Source: Minisyncoccota bacterium (lineage in GTDB: Bacteria; Patescibacteriota; Minisyncoccia; Minisyncoccales; JAQTVQ01). Taken from it: DNA of 64,000 bases. The position numbers were made by a program, and so were the translations under genes. The stretch covers positions 15,313-79,312 of the forward strand of contig JBBABZ010000001.1 of NCBI GenBank assembly GCA_041657385.1, given 5' to 3'. The notes below the pieces were generated by a model. That model ran no database searches. It was not told the origin of the DNA and saw nothing but the letters and a program-made list of their open reading frames with translations. Shown piece by piece: positions 57,804 to 64,000 of the stretch (position 1 is its first letter; each line of letters starts with the position of its first letter).

Positions 57804-57904
57804 GTGGAAATTATAAGATTTATTTTATCACTATAAGCCAAAACATCAACCGGAAAATTTTTACAAAAACTATTTTTTAAGATAAGCTGGAAAAGTAAAA
57901 TTAT

Positions 57905-59122
57905 ATGAAAAACAACATTTCTAAACAAGAAAAAATAGAAGAGATATTAACCAGGGGAGTAGAGCAGGTTTTTGATCTTGAGCATTTGAAAAAAGCGCTG
58001 GCTGGCGAAAAATTGAATATTAAGCATGGCGTGGACCCGACCGGGCCGAAGATCCATCTAGGCAGAGCTTCTGCTCTTTTGAAATTAAAGGATCTGCAAG
58101 ACCTCGGACATCAGATCATTTTGATCATCGGCGACTTTACCGCCCAGATTGGCGATGCTTCCGATAAAACAGCTATGCGGAAAGATCTTTCAGAAGAAGA
58201 AATAAAGAAAAATATGGCCGATTATTTGCCTCAAATCGGAAGAGTTTTGGACATGGAAAAGACGAAGGTCTATTATAATGGAGAATGGTTAAGCCGTCTT
58301 GCCATCAAAAACCTATTTTTGATCGCGCAGAATTTTACCGCCCAGCAAATGATCCAGCGCAGGAATTTTAAAGAGCGTTGGGACCAAGATAAGCCGATCG
58401 GGCTGCACGAACTCTTATATCCTCTTTTCCAAGGGTATGATTCAGTGGCGATCAGGGCTGACTTGGAAGTGGGCGGGTATGACCAGCTATTTAATATTCA
58501 AACGGGCCGCGAGGTTCAAAAGTTTTTCGGCCAAAAACAGCAAGATATAATGTCTTTAAAAATGCTTATCGGGCCGGATGGGCGCAAAATGTCAACGAGT
58601 TGGGGGAATGTTATTAATATTATTGATGCTCCCCAGCAAATATACGGGATGATCATGTCTATGAGAGACGAGCTGATGTTTGATTATTTTGAGATATGCA
58701 CCCGCGTCCCAATGTCCAGAGTCGCTGAATTAAAAAAGGAAATGAAAGAAGAAAAGATCAACCCTCGCGACATTAAAAAAGAGCTGGCCAGGGAGATCGT
58801 AAATATCTTCCACGGGCCAGAGGCAGCGGCTTTAGCCGAGCAGGAATTTGAGAATGTTTTTAAAGACAAAAAGCTCCCTTCGGAAATTACTCAAATAGGA
58901 ATAAGCGGTAAAGAAGATATTGGCATTTCAGATTTGCTTGTGGCTTTAGGTTTGGCGCCGTCAAAAGCCGAAGCCAAGCGCTTAATAGGGCAAAAAGGAG
59001 TAAAAATGGGAGAAGGAGAAAACCTTATAGTTAAAGAAGATTGGCAGGAGAAAATAAAGATCGAGGATGGGATGATCATCCAGGTGGGAAAAAGGAAATT
59101 TGCTAAAATTAAAAAAGTTTAG
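57905..59122 (+). CDS. tyrS: Tyrosine--tRNA ligase
   Basis: 405 aa. It reads GVDPTGPKIHLGRA (HIGH-type) and KMSTS (KMSKS-type), with a C-terminal S4-like domain (LLVALGLAPSKAEAKRLIGQKGVKM). Confidence 0.9.
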   Translation: MKNNISKQEKIEEILTRGVEQVFDLEHLKKALAGEKLNIKHGVDPTGPKIHLGRASALLKLKDLQDLGHQIILIIGDFTAQIGDASDKTAMRKDLSEEEIKKNMADYLPQIGRVLDMEKTKVYYNGEWLSRLAIKNLFLIAQNFTAQQMIQRRNFKERWDQDKPIGLHELLYPLFQGYDSVAIRADLEVGGYDQLFNIQTGREVQKFFGQKQQDIMSLKMLIGPDGRKMSTSWGNVINIIDAPQQIYGMIMSMRDELMFDYFEICTRVPMSRVAELKKEMKEEKINPRDIKKELAREIVNIFHGPEAAALAEQEFENVFKDKKLPSEITQIGISGKEDIGISDLLVALGLAPSKAEAKRLIGQKGVKMGEGENLIVKEDWQEKIKIEDGMIIQVGKRKFAKIKKV

Positions 59123-59619
59123 CGTTTTATAATTTTCAAGGCATCAGATCCGCAAATCGCAGCTGCTAGAGCGTCCGCCGCATCGTCGGGCTTTGGCAGC
59201 TCTTTTAAATTTAAAAGAAGCTGGACCATTTTTTGGACTTGCATTTTTTCCGCCCGTCCGTATCCGCAAACACTGCTTTTTATTTGCAAAGGAGTGAACT
59301 CGTAGATATCAACTCCTTTTTTAGCTATTTCCAATAAAATAACCCCGCGCGCTTGGCTGACGGGCAGAGCTGTTTTTAAGTTTTTGAAAAAAAAGAGGCT
59401 TTCAACAACTACGGCTTGCGGCTTGTATCTTTCCAGCAGTTTTATCAGATCAGAGCTGATCTGCATCAGTCTTTTTGCCGTTTCTATCTTCGGACTGGTT
59501 TTAATGACGCCATAGCCGATACAGGCCAAAGTTTTTTCTTTTTTATTTTTTGGGATCTTGCTTTCAATGATCCCATAGCCGGTAGTGGCTGTGCCCGGAT
59601 CGATTCCCAGAATGATCAT
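59119..59619 (-). CDS. ruvC: Crossover junction endodeoxyribonuclease RuvC
   Basis: MIILGIDPGTATTGYGII from the ATG at 59619. The track start at 59649 lies inside the upstream hairpin. Confidence 0.85.
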   Translation of the reverse strand: MIILGIDPGTATTGYGIIESKIPKNKKEKTLACIGYGVIKTSPKIETAKRLMQISSDLIKLLERYKPQAVVVESLFFFKNLKTALPVSQARGVILLEIAKKGVDIYEFTPLQIKSSVCGYGRAEKMQVQKMVQLLLNLKELPKPDDAADALAAAICGSDALKIIKR

Positions 59620-59637
59620 TTTTGGGCCAATTAGCAA

Positions 59638-59660
59638 TTTGTCCCGCATAGCGGGACAAA
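59638..59660. other. Perfect 10-bp hairpin TTTGTCCCGC-ata-GCGGGACAAA between yebC and ruvC
   Basis: Inverted repeat seen directly, with no U-tract. It may be an intra-operon processing or attenuation site. Confidence 0.5.
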
Positions 59661-59668
59661 CAATTTAT

Positions 59669-60400
59669 TTAGAATTTTAAATTTGAGAAAGCCCTTGAGA
59701 TATCATCTCCGCCCTCTAGCTCCTCCAGAAGTTTTTGATTGGCAGCCATAATTTTTTCATCAGCGGCAACTTCTTCTTTTGGAAACCAGCCAAGAGAAAC
59801 TTCTTCGGTCTTTATTCCTTTTGCTTCAATAGTTTTTTTAATCTGTCCCAGTTCTTCTGATTTTGTGTAAATTTCCAAGATGTCTTCATCCCAGCTGGTA
59901 TTTTCCGCTCCAGCCTCAATAGCCACCATTTCAAGATCTTCTTTCGATTGGTTCTCGGGGGATTGATTTTTAGCATCGATAACTATATATCCTTTGTTGT
60001 CAAACATCCAGCGGATAGCTCCTTCATTTACAATCTTGCCATTATTTTTATTAAGAACCATCCTTGCTTCGCCCAAGGATCTGTTTTTGTTGTCGGTGAT
60101 GCCTTCTGCTATTATCGCTATCCCTCCGGGGCCATAGGCTTCCACGGAAAATTCTTCAAGGGCCGCTCCCGGCAGTTTGCCGGCTCCTCTTAAAATTGCG
60201 CGTTCAATATTTTCGCGAGGCATATTAAAGCCATGAGCTTTATCAATGACCGCTTTTAGCTTGTAGTTAGTCTCCGGGTTTTCGCCGGATTTAGCTTCAA
60301 CTGAAATTTCCCTAGCTAATTTGGAAAAAACAGAACTGCGCTGCGCATCGGCTAACCCTTTTTTATGTTTTATTCCTGCCCAATGAGAATGACCGCTCAT
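59669..60400 (-). CDS. yebC: YebC/PmpR-family DNA-binding regulator
   Basis: 243 aa. It reads MSGHSHWAGIKHKKGLADAQRSSVFSKLAREI. Confidence 0.9.
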   Translation of the reverse strand: MSGHSHWAGIKHKKGLADAQRSSVFSKLAREISVEAKSGENPETNYKLKAVIDKAHGFNMPRENIERAILRGAGKLPGAALEEFSVEAYGPGGIAIIAEGITDNKNRSLGEARMVLNKNNGKIVNEGAIRWMFDNKGYIVIDAKNQSPENQSKEDLEMVAIEAGAENTSWDEDILEIYTKSEELGQIKKTIEAKGIKTEEVSLGWFPKEEVAADEKIMAANQKLLEELEGGDDISRAFSNLKF

Positions 60401-60413
60401 AAGTTCTTCGCCT

Positions 60414-60455
60414 CGCCGTAGTCCTGAGTTTATCGAAGGACGAAGGCGGGTTTTT
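60414..60455. other. Hairpin related to the 38-bp tRNA-Ala-associated repeat
   Basis: CGCCGTAGTCCT-gagtttatcga-AGGACGAAGGCG is followed by GGTTTTT. It shares GCCTCGCCGTAG...CGAAGG with the unit at 5389-5477. Confidence 0.5.
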
Positions 60456-60461
60456 AATTAT

Positions 60462-61217
60462 TTAATTAATTTTTTGTTTTAAACTCCTTTTTAAAACTAT
60501 AATAATTATTCCGTTGAAAATTGCAAGGATAAACGCCCAAACTTTTGTTTTCAAACTGATCATTTGGAAATTCTTGGCACTATTATCCATACTGGCATTA
60601 AGATCGGCAGAGTTAATCGTTTCGATTTTTTCCAGTTTTGCTGATCCAAGCTTAGCTTTTTGGACAACCAAGCTGTTTTGAAATTTAGGCGTGCCCCCGA
60701 GGGGAATGCTCGTTTGCCAGTTGCTGGCGGAGGATCCATCTTTTTCAGGGCTGATCCTTTCCATGGTTTGTTTGGAGACATTGTCGCCGCCAAACCAACC
60801 TTGGGAGCAATCGATTTCGTCAACAAGAATTCCTGCCTTATTATAGAGACCGATTTTTTGCCCCTTATTAACTAAAGAGCCCTTAAAGATCATATCAGCT
60901 GGGATATTTGGTAAAGTTTGGTCGTCAGATCTTTCTAAAAGGTAAAAACCCTTAGCGGGAATCATCCCTTTTAAATTAACCTGAAAAGAGTCTTGGACCA
61001 TTAAGCTCCAGCCGTTTAAGTTTATACCATAATTAGCGTTATTGTAAAGCTCCAGCCACTCGTCGCTGGCTGTTTTTTCGGTTCCCATCCAGGACACTTC
61101 ATTAATTGCGATTTCTTTATTTTCCGCGGCAGAACATTGAGAAGCCAGGGAAAAAACCCAAGAAGAGAAAACAAAAACCAAGATTAGATCAAGTAAAACT
61201 GTTGGTCTTGCTGCCAT
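60462..61217 (-). CDS. Lamin-tail-domain (LTD) protein with signal peptide and C-terminal TM anchor
   Basis: 251 aa. It reads INEVSWMGTEKTASDEWLELYNNANYGINLNGWSL, the LTD signature, with a hydrophobic C-terminus (VWAFILAIFNGIIIIVL). The start overlaps the ruvB 3' end by 34 nt. Confidence 0.7.
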   Translation of the reverse strand: MAARPTVLLDLILVFVFSSWVFSLASQCSAAENKEIAINEVSWMGTEKTASDEWLELYNNANYGINLNGWSLMVQDSFQVNLKGMIPAKGFYLLERSDDQTLPNIPADMIFKGSLVNKGQKIGLYNKAGILVDEIDCSQGWFGGDNVSKQTMERISPEKDGSSASNWQTSIPLGGTPKFQNSLVVQKAKLGSAKLEKIETINSADLNASMDNSAKNFQMISLKTKVWAFILAIFNGIIIIVLKRSLKQKIN

Positions 61218-62200
61218 TTTATTTTTAGATGGTCATATGCCAGCTTAGTGGCGACGCGGCCCTGGGTTGTCCTTTCGACCAGCCCTAATTGCATTAAATA
61301 AGGCTCGTAGAGATTTAAAATAGTATCTTCTTCTTCTGCCGAGGCCGCGGCCAATGATTTTATCCCTACCGGCCCCCCTTGGAATTTATTGATCAGAATT
61401 TCTAAAAGCCTTCGATCGGACGGTCCCAACCCGATCTCGTCGATCTCTAAAAATCCCAGAGAGCTTTTGACGATTTCTTTAGTGACGATCCCTTGTCCTT
61501 CCACTTCGGCAAAATCGCGGACGCGTTTTAACAAGTTATTGGCTATGCGGGGAGTGAAACGGGAACTGCGGGCTAAAATATACAAAGCGTCAGATTCGAT
61601 CTTTACCTTGAGAATGTCGGCTGATCTTTGTAATATTTTTTCCAGCTCCGTCTGCCCGTAAAAATTCAATTGATAAACTCCGCCAAAGCGGCTGCGAAGA
61701 GGAGGGGAGATGAGCCCCACTCTGGTGGTGGCTCCGATCAAGGTGAATTTCGGCAAATTAAGCTCAAGCGTTTTAGCCATCGGGCCCTTGCCAAGAACGA
61801 TGTTCATTCTAAAATCTTCAATGGCCGGGTAGAGATATTCTTCAACGGTTTTGCAGATGCGGTGGATCTCATCAATAAATAAAACATCCCCTTCGGAAAG
61901 GTTGGTTAAAAGGGCGGCCAAGTCTCCGATTTTTTCGATGGCTGGACCGGAGGTTGTCTTTATGTTAGAATCTAGCTCCTTAGCAATAAGATAAGCTAGG
62001 CTGGTTTTTCCTAAGCCCGCATTGCCGTAAAAAAGCAGGTGGTCGGGCGGTTCTTTTCGTTTCTTCGCCGCGTCGATCATCACCTTAACATTCTTTTTTA
62101 TTTTCTCCTGGCCAATATAATCATTCCAAGCTTGAGGCCTTAAAGTTGAATCTATTTTTTCGTCCACTTCTTCGATTGAGAGTTTTTTCTTGACAGACAT
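61184..62200 (-). CDS. ruvB: Holliday junction branch migration helicase RuvB
   Basis: 338 aa. It reads LRPQAWNDYIGQEKIK, LFYGNAGLGKTSLA, LFIDEIHR and ATTRVGLISPPLRSRFG. Confidence 0.95.
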   Translation of the reverse strand: MSVKKKLSIEEVDEKIDSTLRPQAWNDYIGQEKIKKNVKVMIDAAKKRKEPPDHLLFYGNAGLGKTSLAYLIAKELDSNIKTTSGPAIEKIGDLAALLTNLSEGDVLFIDEIHRICKTVEEYLYPAIEDFRMNIVLGKGPMAKTLELNLPKFTLIGATTRVGLISPPLRSRFGGVYQLNFYGQTELEKILQRSADILKVKIESDALYILARSSRFTPRIANNLLKRVRDFAEVEGQGIVTKEIVKSSLGFLEIDEIGLGPSDRRLLEILINKFQGGPVGIKSLAAASAEEEDTILNLYEPYLMQLGLVERTTQGRVATKLAYDHLKIKWQQDQQFYLI

Positions 62201-62228
62201 TTTGAATTGTGTTATATTGGGAAAACAA

Positions 62229-62357
62229 AAACAACTTCTAGACTGGGGGTAGGGATTTCTTCTGATTTGGACAATCTGGATTCGTCTGGGCTGCTCCTCA
62301 AAGAAATTCTGCGCCTTAGTAAGCCTATACTAAAGTCCCCCAGTCCAGGGGTTGTTT
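62229..62357. ncRNA. Unclassified structured element closed by a long-range helix
   Basis: AAACAAC..GACTGGGGG (62229-62249) pairs with CCCCCAGTC..GTTGTTT (62337-62357). Internal helices are ATTTCTT/AAGAAAT and TTAGTA-agccta-TACTAA. A T-run follows on the plus strand. Confidence 0.35.
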
Positions 62358-62370
62358 TTTTATATAAAAA

Positions 62371-63666
62371 CTAACCGACCGCTTTTTCTATCTCTTCGAT
62401 AGTGGTTGATCCTTCTAAGACCTTTAAAAATCCGTCTGTTTTCATCGGGATCATCCCTTTTTCTTTAGCTTTTTTGGCTAGCTCAGAGATAGTGGGGTTA
62501 ATGGCTATGAAGTTTTCCAGCTCGCTATCCATTTTAATAGCTTCGTATATGCCGATCCGGCCCTTGTATCCGGTAGAATTACAGTATTCGCAGCCCTTTG
62601 GTTCATAAACAACAAGGTCTTCTGTTTTTGGATAGTTTTTAAGGACCTCTGCTGGAGCGTCTTTCAGAAATTCTTCCACCTTTTTAATTTCTTCCGGAGC
62701 GGCCGGCCGAGGCTCTGCGCATTTTTTGCAAATTTTTCTAACCAGTCTTTGGGCAATGATCAAATTGATAGCCGGCCCAATGTTGTAAGCCTTTACTTCC
62801 ATGCTGGTCAAACGGGAGATAGTGCCGGCGGCATTGTTCGTGTGTAGAGTGCTGAAAACCAAATGTCCGGTCAAGGAAGCTTGAAGGGATATCTCGGCAG
62901 TCTCCAAATCTCTTATTTCTCCGACCAGTATGACGTCGGGGTCCTGCCTCACGATCGATTTCAGGCCGGAAGCGAAGTCATAGCCTTTTTCCGGAGCTAC
63001 CTGCGTTTGGGAAATATCGTCTAAATGGTATTCGATCGGATCTTCAATGGTAATGATCTTAATTTCAGGATCCCTTATCTTTTTTAAAAAGGCGTAAAGG
63101 GTGGTTGTTTTTCCTGATCCTGTCGGTCCGGTAACGATGATCATTCCGTTGGGTTTTTTGATCTCTTTAGTAAATATCTCATAAAGATCGTTTCTTAACC
63201 CAAGGTCTTCCAAACTGATCAAACTTTTCGGATTTAAAATTCTTAAGACAGCCGTTTCGCCGTATTGAGTGGGGAGGGTTGAGGATCTTATCTCTATCTC
63301 AAGGTCGGGCAGAGAGATCGAGAACCGTCCATCTTGAGGTTTGTCTTCAATGTTGAGCTTGAGCCCGGATAAGAGCTTGATCCTTGAAGTCAATAAAGCC
63401 TGTTTTTCAGGTTCGAAAATTATAACATCATGCAGGCAGCCGTCTAATCTGACCCTTAATTTGGCTTGTTTCTCTTGGGCTTCCAAATGCAAGTCGGAGC
63501 AGCCGAGAGAGATGGCCCCGGCTAAAATAGTTTTCAGGATAGAAGAAGTATCTTTTTCCAGCGATGCGTTAATAGATCCTTGGAAATCAGTTAAATTTTT
63601 GACTTCAATGTCCACTTGGTCCAAGAGGTCTTTTTCGATTTGAATTTTTCCGCTGATTTGCTGCAT
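62371..63666 (-). CDS. pilB: GspE/PilB-family type II/IV secretion (type IV pilus assembly) ATPase, short form
   Basis: 431 aa. It has Walker A (VTGPTGSGKTTTLYA), the Asp box (VRQDPDVILVGEIRD), the His box (TGHLVFSTLHTN) and a tetracysteine region (CKKC...CEYC). Confidence 0.9.
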   Translation of the reverse strand: MQQISGKIQIEKDLLDQVDIEVKNLTDFQGSINASLEKDTSSILKTILAGAISLGCSDLHLEAQEKQAKLRVRLDGCLHDVIIFEPEKQALLTSRIKLLSGLKLNIEDKPQDGRFSISLPDLEIEIRSSTLPTQYGETAVLRILNPKSLISLEDLGLRNDLYEIFTKEIKKPNGMIIVTGPTGSGKTTTLYAFLKKIRDPEIKIITIEDPIEYHLDDISQTQVAPEKGYDFASGLKSIVRQDPDVILVGEIRDLETAEISLQASLTGHLVFSTLHTNNAAGTISRLTSMEVKAYNIGPAINLIIAQRLVRKICKKCAEPRPAAPEEIKKVEEFLKDAPAEVLKNYPKTEDLVVYEPKGCEYCNSTGYKGRIGIYEAIKMDSELENFIAINPTISELAKKAKEKGMIPMKTDGFLKVLEGSTTIEEIEKAVG

Positions 63667-63703
63667 GTGATTAATTTACCACAGATGAAGCCGGCGGCCT
63701 AGC

Positions 63704-64000
63704 TTATTGGCGGCCGATAGCGTTCAGCGCTTCTTTTTTAGCTGACGCCAGATCTGATTGCCGGGACAAAAAGACAAGGCCCGTTCCCTTTTTCCTCCCT
63801 TCGAAATATTGATTCATTTTTTCAACGTATTCCTCTTTGTCCGAGTAAAAAATACCCATGATCTTATTTGATCCGTTTTTAGCTTCCGCTTTCCATAGGA
63901 GCAGAAAAGACGGGAGGAAAAGCCGTGTCTTGATCTTGGAGATAACAAACCCAAGATCTTTTGGCGACGCTCCGGCCGATTCAAAATCTTTTTCAGCCAA
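63704..64000 (-). CDS. C-terminal fragment of an unidentified protein (5' end beyond the window)
   Basis: The frame is open to the window edge, so the leading M in the track is probably not the real start. No family was recognised. Confidence 0.35.
   Translation of the reverse strand: MAEKDFESAGASPKDLGFVISKIKTRLFLPSFLLLWKAEAKNGSNKIMGIFYSDKEEYVEKMNQYFEGRKKGTGLVFLSRQSDLASAKKEALNAIGRQ

Noticed and set aside
57684-57904. T-box riboswitch upstream of tyrS
   Set aside because: tyrS is a classic T-box-regulated gene in Firmicutes. I could find no T-box consensus (AGGGUGGNACCGCG-like), no specifier loop with a UAC codon in a Stem I context, and no terminator/antiterminator pair. The structured block is kept only as an unclassified candidate.
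59620-59649. Upstream start (59649) for ruvC giving MRDKLLIGPK...
   Set aside because: These codons are the 10-bp perfect hairpin between yebC and ruvC. RuvC proteins start right at the MxILGIDPG motif, which the ATG at 59619 provides.
62229-62357. SRP (4.5S) RNA assignment for the structured element
   Set aside because: Only a short GAGGAGCAGCC resemblance to the domain IV 3' strand exists. I could not form the GNRA tetraloop-capped helix 8 with its symmetric and asymmetric loops, so the call is not supportable without a covariance-model search.
1-64000. Alternative genetic code (UGA recoding, as in some CPR lineages)
   Set aside because: Genes end at expected lengths on TGA (for example 4957-4959 and 50692-50694) as well as on TAA and TAG. 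No conserved protein is interrupted by in-frame TGA.

Overview
The window reads as a chromosomal segment from a small, AT-rich genome. Gene content suggests a Candidate Phyla Radiation (Patescibacteria/Parcubacteria-like) bacterium. That assignment is inferred from compact housekeeping genes, many membrane proteins of unknown function, CPR-type T4SS-pilin domains and archaeal-type CoA enzymes. It uses the standard genetic code: TGA, TAA and TAG all terminate genes at the expected lengths.

Recognisable content:
- Housekeeping genes: tig (partial, missing from the ORF track), nusA, cca, a Clp/Hsp100-like ATPase, yraN, rpsO, an NYN-domain gene, pnp, a dksA/traR-like gene, comM/yifB, an M23 peptidase, rsmA, PBP1A, tyrS, ruvC, yebC, ruvB and a PilB-like ATPase.
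- Four tRNAs: Pro-CGG, Ala-CGC, Arg-TCG and Lys-CTT.
- The replication-origin neighbourhood: rpmH (missing from the track), rnpA, yidC and jag, divergent from dnaA-dnaN, with consensus DnaA boxes.

Three things stand out:
1. Most intergenic gaps between about 2.5 and 36 kb hold hairpin elements whose arms are tandem degenerate heptamers. There are four sequence families with one shared architecture. Some carry a 20-bp GC palindrome. One carries a four-helix-bundle (23S-IVS-type) ORF in its loop and sits inside the acyl-CoA carboxylase operon. Others supply stop or start codons to neighbouring genes.
2. A 16-kb lipid island (13.8-29.9 kb) combines fatty-acid-kinase/DegV, PlsY and PlsC with a biotin carboxylase system, FabG, a FabZ-FabK fusion and a second FabK. 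It also holds an archaeal-type thiolase, a DUF35-DUF362 fusion and an archaeal-type (DUF359) dephospho-CoA kinase. No ACP, FabD or KAS gene is recognisable in the window.
3. A Gram-positive/CPR-style type IV secretion-like cluster (39.7-50.7 kb) has PrgI, a split VirB4, a VirB6-like protein and several TrbC/VirB2-like pilin domains. One pilin domain is fused to a 766-aa cysteine-rich repeat protein.

Several unexplained GC-rich structured intergenic segments are also flagged.
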